Assembly (NCBI GenBank): GCA_000025185.1
Contig: CP001848.1
Location: forward strand, 630,001-662,000
Direction of reading: 5' to 3'
Source: Pirellula staleyi DSM 6068
GTDB lineage: Bacteria > Planctomycetota > Planctomycetia > Pirellulales > Pirellulaceae
Length of the DNA stretch: 32,000 bases
In this document: one piece after another, positions 1 through 8,024 of the stretch
Numbering within the stretch: position 1 is the stretch's first letter
Layout: every line of letters starts with the position of its first letter
Notes under the pieces: generated by a model
What the model was told of the DNA's origin: nothing
Database searches by the model: none
What the model saw: the letters and a program-made list of their open reading frames with translations, nothing else
Made by a program: the position numbers and the translations under genes

Positions 1-749
1 GCTCGGCGGATGAGGAAGTTCTGATCGTCCCCCACGGAGCGATCACCAGTGTGCTGTGCAGGAGCACCAGCAGGGTCTTCGTCGAGGATGCCGTTGATGC
101 GGAACTGGGCATAGCCGCGAATGCTGAGCTTGTCGTACCACTTTTTGGGCTTCTCGCCGGGCTTTTGCACCATATCACGCGAGTGATAGGTCTGCTGCGC
201 GATGGTTTCGATTTCGGGATCTTGGACCCCCTGCCAATACTCGCCGAGACTTCCGAGCGGCGCGACATCGGGGTCTTGGATCCCTTCGATCGGTATATGA
301 CCGGCGGCCAAAGCAGCTTCCACGCGCTCGAGACGTGCCATCACATCGTGCGGATGGGGTTCGCCCGGCGCGGGTGGCAGCGGCATCGGAGCAGGAGGCG
401 CAACTGGCATTCCGCGGGCTGGATCGACGACCACCGGCTGTGGAAATCCGATCGGCTGCACGGGTGGCGTGGCGGGAGTCGGTTGCTGCCAAGCGACCTG
501 CGCCACCGGCGGCTGATAAACGCCAGCTTGGGGAGCCGCCATTGGCTGCGGTGGTTGCGGCGCGAATTGCGTCGGTGGCTGCTGCACGGGCCACGAGACA
601 GACGGAGCAGGCAGATAGCTTGACTGCGGAGCCTGCGCAAACGAGGCAACTGGCGTCAATAACCCAAGCATCGCAAGAATCGCAATTTGACCAAAAGCCA
701 GTGACAACGGGCGATGGCGATTCTGGGGCAAGTGGGCGATGCGGGTCAT
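1..749 (-). CDS. Outer-membrane porin, phosphate-selective porin O/P-like (N-terminal part; gene runs off the left edge)
   Basis: Hand translation of the minus frame from ATG at 749 gives MTRIAHLPQNRHRPLSLAFGQIAILAMLGLLTPVASFAQA (signal peptide). This is followed by a ~110-aa P/Q-rich linker, then ...KKWYDKLSIRGYAQFRINGILDED...GDDQNFLIRRA, which resembles the first strands of Porin_O_P family proteins. The frame stays open to position 1, which is why it is absent from the ORF track. Confidence 0.6.
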   Translation of the reverse strand, partial: MTRIAHLPQNRHRPLSLAFGQIAILAMLGLLTPVASFAQAPQSSYLPAPSVSWPVQQPPTQFAPQPPQPMAAPQAGVYQPPVAQVAWQQPTPATPPVQPIGFPQPVVVDPARGMPVAPPAPMPLPPAPGEPHPHDVMARLERVEAALAAGHIPIEGIQDPDVAPLGSLGEYWQGVQDPEIETIAQQTYHSRDMVQKPGEKPKKWYDKLSIRGYAQFRINGILDEDPAGAPAQHTGDRSVGDDQNFLIRR

Positions 750-1033
750 TGAGAGTAACTCAGTCGATAAAGGATGAGTGTGACGGTGTCGCTACCTTCG
801 TTAATATCGCTACAACCGGACCTGTAAGTTGACTGAATTCTGCCCAGCCTCGACCATCTCTTATGACCTCGCCGGAGCTTGAAGATCGTTTACTTGCGAG
901 ATGCTTTGAAGCCTGATTTTCCGGAGTCAAACCCTCGTCAAACAAGTCCTAGCGTCACCTAACAAACACCCCCAACTGGGGGCTACTTCATCTATTTTTA
1001 ACGTGAACTTCACGTCCCCTAGAATGGAATGCG

Positions 1034-1060
1034 ACCAGATCAGGGATGGCGTGATCTGGT
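1034..1060. repeat. Perfect 9-bp inverted repeat ACCAGATCA-N9-TGATCTGGT in the divergent intergenic region
   Basis: Read directly: accagatca (1034-1042), 9-nt spacer gggatggcg, tgatctggt (1052-1060). It lies in the ~700-bp non-coding region between the porin start (749, minus) and the Pup-like gene (1454, plus). Confidence 0.5.
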
Positions 1061-1453
1061 GCGTGAGCGCCGATTTTTCGAAGCTTACGAAAAAGTTATC
1101 TTGTGACTCATTCTGCACCCAACCTCCCAAGCACCCCATACTGAGCAAGCCACCACGAAAGCGACGGGCTGTGTCAGCACCTGGGCCTGCTGCAGTCGGA
1201 GAAGCGGCTTGAGAAACTCACAATGGGAGCCCAACCTGCACGTATTTTGGGGGCCGATTGCGGGTAACACAGCGGATCAAAAAGTTTGCGGCGGGGTGGC
1301 TGACGAGTTAGTATGATTTGGTGGTTAGGGCAGAGCCCCAAATGGGCTGACTGCCGAACGACCACCGGTCGCAATCGCCACTCCCTGCGGCGAGTTGCAC
1401 TGCTCGTTGGACCTCTCTTCGTTCGCTCCCCTGCTTTGCAAAAGGTGATTCAC

Positions 1454-1630
1454 GTGGAAGAAGCCTCTACCCTGGCGCTCTCGCCATCCGGTGTTAGCAA
1501 GTCGCTCCCAGCGACTGCACAGCCTGCCGCTGAAGTCCTTAACCGCTTGGCCAGTGATGTTGCCCGCGACGCCGAAATCAGCCCTGAAAACTACCTCGCT
1601 GAATCGATCGTTCCGTTTGGCGGCGAATAG
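1454..1630 (+). CDS. Pup-like small protein (prokaryotic ubiquitin-like protein candidate), C-terminus ...ENYLAESIVPFGGE
   Basis: This is the 3' part of ORF 1313..1630. The proposed start is GTG 1454, preceded by AAAGGTGA (1441-1448). The 58-aa product is acidic and S/A/P-rich, looks disordered, and ends in GGE-stop. The stop lies 2 nt before the PafA/Dop-like gene. The tail resembles the Pup tail E-D-F-V-x-A-Y-V-Q-K-G-G-Q/E. The start codon is uncertain (in-frame GTG 1445 and ATG 1313 also exist), and the upstream part of the ORF (MIWWLGQSPKWADCRTT...) looks non-coding. Confidence 0.6.
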   Translation: MEEASTLALSPSGVSKSLPATAQPAAEVLNRLASDVARDAEISPENYLAESIVPFGGE

Positions 1631-1632
1631 TT

Positions 1633-3390
1633 GTGCGTCGCCAGCGCGGGGCCATTTTCGAGCGCCTGGTGGGGCTCGAAACCGAGTATGCTCTCCTGCG
1701 ACCAGCCACCGCCGATAACGATGGCTATAGTCGTTTCGAGGTGTTTCGCGCGCTCGTAGCCTCCCTTCGCACACGCATCCCTGCCGTCGCAGCACAGCAC
1801 TTCAAAGAAGGTGTGTTTCACGCTGCTGGTGGTGCCGTTTGGTTCGAAACCGAGCGGATCAGTAGCGGGGGAGGCCTTGTCGAAGGTTCCTCTCCCGAGT
1901 GTCGCGGGCCGATGCAGGTGCTCATCTGGCAGAAGGCTCAAGATAAACTGCTCGCAGCTGCCCTCGACGATGCCACCGATGGTGAAACCAAGCTGATCAA
2001 GAACGATCGCGATGCCTTCGGCAACGTTTACGGCGCTCAGGAAAACTACGAAGCGACACTCGCCACCGGCTGGCGACTACTCGCTTGGCGGGCATCGCTC
2101 ATTGCGATTTTTCCGATCGTGCTACTCACCTGGCTATCGCTTTGGATCATCACCGGCGCGGTGATGCTGTATGCCCTCGCCGCAGTACTCGTCTACCTGG
2201 CACTCGAACGCCTGGTACGACGACCCCAGCGACTCGCGATGCTGCTGTTTGGCTGCTCGTTCGAGCGTCTTGGGGAAGCTGGTCCCACCGGTCCGCAGTG
2301 GATGGAACAATTCCTCTCGGTGGTGGTCCGCGTGATCGCCGCGCCACTGGCAGGTGTGCTGCTGGCCATTATCGCCGTCACTTCGTTCTGTGAACATCGC
2401 AAAAAGCTGCTTCCGTTTCTTGCCAGCCGTGCTGTGATTGGTGGCAGTGGCATGATCGATGATCAGGGGCGTTTTTTGCTTGCCGACAAAGCTACCGCGA
2501 TGAACTGCTCGATCGGCTTTGGTGGACTCCTGGGTGATCGACCGATCTTCACCTTCGGCCACTTCTACAAGACGATTTTTTCCGACGCGTGGATGGCACC
2601 CGGCGAGTATTTCCGCCTCTTCTCCCCACGTCAGCGATTGCAAATTGGACTCGGCGATTCGAACCTCTGCGATGTCTCGCAATACCTGCGCGTCGGCACC
2701 ACGCTGCTGGTGCTCGACATGATTGAAGCAGGCGAGGCAACCAACTTGCCGCAGCTGCGCAGCCCCCTCCGGGCGTGTCGCAAATTCACCTCCGATCCGA
2801 CACTCCAGGCAACCGCGCCGCTGCGAGGTGGTGGCGAGATCACTGCGCTCGAAGTGCAGCGAGCCTACCTCGAAGCATGTCGCCAATTCCTCGCTAAGCA
2901 CCCCGAAGCGCCGGAAGAAGCGTTTCAAGTCCTCTCGCTGTGGGACGAAACACTGAAGCAACTCGCTGGCGATCGCCAAGCACTGGTCGGGTCGATCGAC
3001 TGGGTCACTAAACAGCGGCTCATCGACGAGAACACTGCCGGCGTTTCACCCAAAGTGCTCAAAAAAATCGACATCAAGTATCACGAACTTTCGAGCGAAG
3101 GTTATTTCCAAAAACTGCTCGCCGTCGGGCTGATCCGGCAGCTCACCACCCCTGCTGAGGTCGAACGCGCGATGCGGTGCCCTCCGAGCGGAACACCGGC
3201 AGCGGTGCGTGGTCAGTTCATTCGCGAGTTCGCAAGTGGCGATAAACCGATCACCGCCAATTGGCACTATGTGTTGCTTGGTCGAGGTCGGACTCGCCGC
3301 ATCATCAAACTCTCCGACTATCGACCGCTGGCCATCGCTCGCCCACAGCGTCCCCGTGCACAAGCAGCGCAAGATATCGACACCGAATAG
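1633..3390 (+). CDS. PafA/Dop-family (Pup-ligase / depupylase fold) enzyme with an internal ~110-aa hydrophobic insertion
   Basis: 585 aa. The blocks [89 protein letters not shown] and IDIKYHEL match the conserved blocks of mycobacterial PafA as I recall them. Residues ~144-256 ([45 protein letters not shown] ... [26 protein letters not shown]) are an insertion absent from PafA. Confidence 0.85.
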   Translation: [585 protein letters not shown]

Positions 3391-3436
3391 CAGCTAGACT
3401 CGCGCGATAAGCTCACAACAATTGCGCAGCTGCTAT
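3387..3436 (+). terminator. Possible stem-loop overlapping the stop of the PafA/Dop-like gene (ATAGCAGCT ... AGCTGCTAT)
   Basis: 9-bp perfect arms at 3387-3395 and 3428-3436, with an inner CGCGA/TTGCG pairing. There is no U-tract, so function as a terminator is uncertain. Confidence 0.25.
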
Positions 3437-3513
3437 CTTCTCAAGGCTTCCAACAGCGGCACTTCCCTAGTTGTATCCTAGCGCAACTCGATCGCCCTAC
3501 TTCCGAGAACTGC

Positions 3514-4176
3514 ATGAACGCCGAAGATCCCAAGTACCAAGCGGGTGAGCCGCTTCCGCTCGAAAGCTTGCCCAGCGACGTCATTATCAGCAGCGACACA
3601 CGTCGCGAGAATCGCATCCCTCCTGGTCAATCGCGGACGCGCAAATGGCCTATTCTCGATGCCCACGGCACGCCGCAAATCGATCGCGCTAGTTGGAAAC
3701 TCGACGTGTTTGGGCTCGTCGATCAGCCTTACTCACTATCGCTTGCCGAGTTCCAAACGCTGCCGCGCGTAAAGGTCTACGCCGATTTTCACTGCGTCAC
3801 GCGGTGGTCGCGGCTCGGGAATATGTGGGAAGGTGTATCCACGCGCACCCTCCTCGAGCGGGCTGGTGTCAAACCCGAGGCTCGTTATGTCGTCTGTCAC
3901 GCCTACGACCGAGGCTGGACCACCAACCTGCCGCTCGCCGATTTTCTAAGCAACGATGCGCTCCTTGCCGACCTGCACGACGGTCAGCCGATCTCGGCCG
4001 ATCACGGCGGTCCCGTACGCGGCATGGTTCCGCTCCTGTATGCCTGGAAAAGTGCCAAGTGGATTCGGGGCATCGAACTCTCGGCCTACGACAAACCGGG
4101 CTACTGGGAACGTGGCGGCTATCACAATCACGGCGATCCTTGGACCGAAGAACGCTTCAGCGGCTGGTTTAGCTGA
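3514..4176 (+). CDS. Sulfite-oxidase-fold molybdopterin-dependent oxidoreductase (small, apparently cytoplasmic YuiH/MsrP-like catalytic domain)
   Basis: 220 aa. Contains FHCVTRWSRLGNMWEGVSTRTLLERAGVKPEARYVV...DGQPISADHGGPVRGMVPLLYAWKSAKWIRGIEL...PGYWERGGYHNHGDPW, typical of the Oxidored_molyb fold. No signal or Tat peptide is seen. Confidence 0.75.
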   Translation: MNAEDPKYQAGEPLPLESLPSDVIISSDTRRENRIPPGQSRTRKWPILDAHGTPQIDRASWKLDVFGLVDQPYSLSLAEFQTLPRVKVYADFHCVTRWSRLGNMWEGVSTRTLLERAGVKPEARYVVCHAYDRGWTTNLPLADFLSNDALLADLHDGQPISADHGGPVRGMVPLLYAWKSAKWIRGIELSAYDKPGYWERGGYHNHGDPWTEERFSGWFS

Positions 4177-4290
4177 GCAGCACCTCAGCTGACTCTCGCC
4201 TCGCAGGTTTCGCCATTGACGTGCGGGGTTTGTTTTTGCTACTGCCCAATAGTCCCAAAAATAGGCAGGTTTTTAGCAAGGAACAGACCG

Positions 4291-4758
4291 ATGATGGCAA
4301 CTTTCTCGACGATGGTGCGGGCGATGCTCGCACGCTGCGGAACTTCACCACTGGCAACTGCTGGCGCGATGCTGCTGGCACAAGGACTGCTCGCTGGCGG
4401 CGTTTGCGCGGCGGAAGTGAAGGATGTGTTTAGCGCCGATGTGAAAGTGAGCATCGTTTCGTCCGCTGGCGCGAAGCGCGAACTGGCCACCACGGTTTCG
4501 TCGCAGCCGGGGGGCTCACTCTCGACCACGCTCGGTGGTGTGAAACAGGGTGGTGCTGAAGAACTGGTCGTCGAACTGTCGGTCGATCCGATCGTTGGTG
4601 CAGCCCCGGCTCAGTACAGCGCCAAGTTCAACTTCCGCAACAAAGCGGGACAGATCGCAGCGCCCCAAATCCTGACGCTGGAAGATCGCACCGCGATCAT
4701 CGAAATCGGCGCTGCTGGTGAAGAACAAATCCGCTGCGAAGTGACAATCCGCCGCTAG
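4291..4758 (+). CDS. Hypothetical secreted protein (signal peptide, beta-rich)
   Basis: ATG 4291 is preceded by AAGGA (4278-4282). The N-terminus MMATFSTMVRAMLARCGTSPLATAGAMLLAQGLLAGGVCAAE looks like a signal peptide. I recognise no family. The ORF-track start at 4216 is a TTG with no SD. Confidence 0.5.
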   Translation: MMATFSTMVRAMLARCGTSPLATAGAMLLAQGLLAGGVCAAEVKDVFSADVKVSIVSSAGAKRELATTVSSQPGGSLSTTLGGVKQGGAEELVVELSVDPIVGAAPAQYSAKFNFRNKAGQIAAPQILTLEDRTAIIEIGAAGEEQIRCEVTIRR

Positions 4759-4775
4759 CGCAGGATGCGTCTGGC

Positions 4776-5687
4776 TCATTGCCCCGACGATTTCGCGGGC
4801 CAGTCGTAGCTCTTCTGCTGGCGCGATCCCGTAATGCGTATCGCGCCGTCGCCATACACCTCCACAAGCGAATAGCCACTGCTCGTCGCTCCCGAGCCTT
4901 CCACCATCGCGACCATCGTGGCGTAGTGAATCCCACCGATCTCGCGTAAATCATTCTTGTGGCTATGCCCCTGAAACACAGCGAGCACTTTGCCCGACCC
5001 TTCCAAAACGGCTCGCACTTCCTCGGCATTCTTAACGCCGTGATCGTTTTTCACATCGAGCCGCTGATGCGCGAGCACCACCACAGGGCCCTTCGCCTCG
5101 GCTAAATCTTCCTTCAGCCAAGCGACTTCGCTGGCCGGAATGTTGGCATCGTTCCATTTGAAATTGTCGCGCCCATATGCCTCTCCATCGGCCCGGTAAC
5201 ACGCATCGAGCACCACGAAATGGACCCCGCCACGATCGAACGCATAGTGAGGCTGCTTCTGCTCGACACCCTCGAGAAACTCGGCTTTCGTCAGCGTGGT
5301 GACGCAGTGATTGCCGAGCACACAGTGCTTCTCGCCCGGCAGCGCAGCGAGCTCGCGATAGATCCGCGCGAGCCACTTCTTCTCTTCGTCGATCGACGTC
5401 GCGGCGTCGACCAGATCCCCAAGCTCGATCATCAAATCAGGCTTTTCTTTTTCGTAGTACGTCGCAGCTTCCGCGAGCTTGTCGAGCGTTTCGCGATAGT
5501 GCCGCGAACCGGCCGCTGGCTTATCGGCGTAATGCAAATCGGTGACGATCCCCGCGCGCACCAGAGGACGTGGCGCGTCGGCAGCGAGCAGATCGCACGC
5601 GGAATTGCTCGCTGCGCAACCAGCTGCGAGTAGCAGCAGTGAACCATCGGCGAGAAACTTGCGACGTGCTAAAGAGGTGGGGATCAT
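4776..5687 (-). CDS. Calcineurin-like metallophosphoesterase, probable Tat-exported
   Basis: 303 aa. Metallophosphoesterase motifs are present: GIVTDLHYAD, ELGDLVD, VLGNHC, GHSHKND. The N-terminus SLARRKFLADGSLLLLAAGCAAS carries a twin-arginine motif. The start overlaps the bioF stop by 4 nt (ATGA). Confidence 0.8.
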   Translation of the reverse strand: MIPTSLARRKFLADGSLLLLAAGCAASNSACDLLAADAPRPLVRAGIVTDLHYADKPAAGSRHYRETLDKLAEAATYYEKEKPDLMIELGDLVDAATSIDEEKKWLARIYRELAALPGEKHCVLGNHCVTTLTKAEFLEGVEQKQPHYAFDRGGVHFVVLDACYRADGEAYGRDNFKWNDANIPASEVAWLKEDLAEAKGPVVVLAHQRLDVKNDHGVKNAEEVRAVLEGSGKVLAVFQGHSHKNDLREIGGIHYATMVAMVEGSGATSSGYSLVEVYGDGAIRITGSRQQKSYDWPAKSSGQ

Positions 5688-6916
5688 GAGCGGGAATTCT
5701 CTCGAGAGGCAGCGGGGAGTAGCGCCAGCAGTTCGCTTAGCAGTTGATCAAGATCGCTGCTGGTGTGGGCGCTTGTCAAACTTATTCGAAGGAGCGACTG
5801 GCCCTGAGGAACACTCGGCGGGCGAATCCCTGGGACCCAGATGCCGCGTTCGCGCAGCTGCTGAGCCACCTGCATAGTCCGCAGAGGATCGCCGAGCACG
5901 ATCGGAATGATTTGCGACGCGTCGGGCAATGGAATTTTCTGCGAGCCGGTTGCAGGAGCCGAGCATTGCACCTGAAAGCCGCGCGACCGAAGCTCAGCGC
6001 GAAACGTTTGACTCATCGCCAGGAGCGACGCGCGAAGCGCGGGCTCTTGCTCGACGATCTCGAGCGCCTTTAGTGCGGCGGCTGCGGCAGCTTCCGTTCC
6101 TGCGGTCGAAAAAATGAAGGTCCGCGCGGTCGACATCAGGAGATCGATCACGCTCGCCGGACCGACGATAAACCCTCCGCTGCTGCCGAGCGATTTGCTC
6201 AGCGTGCCGACCCGCACAGCAATGCGCGACTCGAGTCCCAGAGCCTCCACCACGCCACTGCCACGCGCGCCAAAAACGCCGGTCGCGTGAGCTTCATCCA
6301 CTACCAGCATTGCCCCATGCTCTTCAGCGAGATCAGCCAAAGATTCGAGCGGAGCGATATCGCCATCCATACTAAACAGCGAATCAGTGATGATCAGCTT
6401 GCGTCTCACACCAGGGCGACTGACCAGAAGCTCGCGCGCATGCTCCACATCGCCGTGCCGATAAATCGCAATCTCGGCCCCCGCGAGGCGGCAGCCGTCG
6501 ATGATGCTGGCGTGATTGCGTGCGTCGGACAAAATCAGGTCACCACGCCCGACCAGCGCGGTCACCACCGCCACGTTGGCGGCATAGCCGCTCACCAACA
6601 GCAGCGCACGCTCGGCATGTTCGAACTGGGCAAGCCGCTCGGCAAGCACGGCGTGGTAGCGGCCAAAACCGGTGACTAAAGGGCTGGCGCCACTCCCTAC
6701 CCCCACTTCGTCGATCGCGCGGCGGGCAGCTTCGCGCAGCCGCTCGTCGGCAGCTAGCGCCAGGTAGTCGTTGGAACCGAAGTTCAACAGCGTGCCGCGA
6801 CTCGATGCAATGCGGCTGGCCAGCTGCGGCGAGGTGCGCGTGACGAGCGACCGGCGCAGTCCTTCGCGCTCGAGTCGCGCAAGTTCGTCGTGAGTCCAGT
6901 CGAAGGGGGAAGGCAT
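5684..6916 (-). CDS. bioF: 8-amino-7-oxononanoate synthase (class II PLP-dependent alpha-oxoamine synthase)
   Basis: 410 aa. Contains NFGSNDYLALA, SGASPLVTG, VSGYAANV, DARNHASIIDG, ITDSLFSMDGDIAP, VVDEAHATGVFG, GTLSKSLGSSGG (PLP lysine). Other alpha-oxoamine synthases cannot be fully excluded by eye. Confidence 0.75.
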   Translation of the reverse strand: MPSPFDWTHDELARLEREGLRRSLVTRTSPQLASRIASSRGTLLNFGSNDYLALAADERLREAARRAIDEVGVGSGASPLVTGFGRYHAVLAERLAQFEHAERALLLVSGYAANVAVVTALVGRGDLILSDARNHASIIDGCRLAGAEIAIYRHGDVEHARELLVSRPGVRRKLIITDSLFSMDGDIAPLESLADLAEEHGAMLVVDEAHATGVFGARGSGVVEALGLESRIAVRVGTLSKSLGSSGGFIVGPASVIDLLMSTARTFIFSTAGTEAAAAAALKALEIVEQEPALRASLLAMSQTFRAELRSRGFQVQCSAPATGSQKIPLPDASQIIPIVLGDPLRTMQVAQQLRERGIWVPGIRPPSVPQGQSLLRISLTSAHTSSDLDQLLSELLALLPAASRENSRS

Positions 6917-7136
6917 CGCGCAAACGCCAAAGAACGGGCCAAAAAACTCGGTAACTGTTGGTAGCCAAGCAACTTAGTGTAGCGAGAAGTGCTTGCGCTG
7001 CGAGCGACCACCTGCTACGATTCGGCGGATCTGCCTCGCGGAAGATTCTCGCTTCCCCTCTCGCGCTACCAGGGGCTAGTGGCGTAGAATCGCGACACAT
7101 CGTTCTGCGCGTCCCTCGTTTCGATCGACCCAACCC

Positions 7137-8024
7137 ATGCCCAAAACCATCGCCAATCAGCTGATCCAAGGTGACTGCGTTGCTGGACTTGCGTCGCTTC
7201 CAGCAGGCTGCGTCGACCTCGCTTTCGCCGATCCACCGTTCAATATCGGCTACGACTACGACGAGTACGACGATCGTCGCGCCACCGACGACTACCTCAC
7301 CTGGTGCGATCAGTGGCTCGCCGAAGTTTCGCGCGTCCTCAAGCCCGACGGCACCTTTTGGCTCGCGATCGGCGACGAATATGCCGCCGAGCTCAAAGTC
7401 GCCATGCAGCGGCAACACGGCCTGCATTGTCGCAGCTGGGTGGTGTGGTACTACACGTTTGGGGTCAACTGCAAAGCGAAGTTCAGCCGCTCACACGCCC
7501 ACCTGTTCCACATGGTGAAAGACCCGAAGAAGTTTACGTTCAACGTCGACGAGATTCGGGTTCCATCGGCGCGCCAGTTGGTCTACGCCGACAACCGCGC
7601 GAACCCCAAGGGACGATTGCCCGACGATACCTGGATCTTACGTCCACAGGACTTGCCCGACGGTTTTCAGCCCGACGACGACACTTGGTACTTTCCCCGC
7701 GTCGCCGGAACGTTCAAAGAACGGGCCGGGTGGCACGGCTGTCAGATGCCCGAACAGCTTCTCGGGCGGATCATCAAGGCCACCAGCAATCCTGGAGAGC
7801 TTGTACTCGATCCGTTTTCGGGAAGTGGCACCACCCTGGTCGTCGCCAAAAAATTGGGCCGTAAGTATTTAGGGTTTGAGCTTTCGAAAGAATATGCAGC
7901 CCGCGTGACCGACCGACTGAAAGAAACCAAGTCGGGGGACGATCTCAATGGCGCTGCTGAACCTTTAAAGAGTGCTCCCAGCACCGCCAAAGGTAAACGC
8001 GTAAAGTCGCTCCCAAGTAAATAG
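7137..8024 (+). CDS. Beta-class N6/N4 DNA methyltransferase (N6_N4_Mtase family), no adjacent restriction gene
   Basis: 295 aa. Catalytic motif [13 protein letters not shown] is near the N-terminus. AdoMet motif [27 protein letters not shown] is near the C-terminus. This order is the beta-class arrangement, as in CcrM/HinfI-type enzymes. Confidence 0.85.
   Translation: MPKTIANQLIQGDCVAGLASLPAGCVDLAFADPPFNIGYDYDEYDDRRATDDYLTWCDQWLAEVSRVLKPDGTFWLAIGDEYAAELKVAMQRQHGLHCRSWVVWYYTFGVNCKAKFSRSHAHLFHMVKDPKKFTFNVDEIRVPSARQLVYADNRANPKGRLPDDTWILRPQDLPDGFQPDDDTWYFPRVAGTFKERAGWHGCQMPEQLLGRIIKATSNPGELVLDPFSGSGTTLVVAKKLGRKYLGFELSKEYAARVTDRLKETKSGDDLNGAAEPLKSAPSTAKGKRVKSLPSK

Noticed and set aside
1313-1453. 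Using ATG 1313 as the start of the Pup-like ORF (105 aa).
   Set aside because: The N-terminal 47 residues (MIWWLGQSPKWADCRTTTGRNRHSLRR...) are W/C/R-rich and unlike the acidic, disordered remainder. GTG 1454 has an AAAGGTGA SD-like element and gives a Pup-sized 58-aa product. The start remains unverified.
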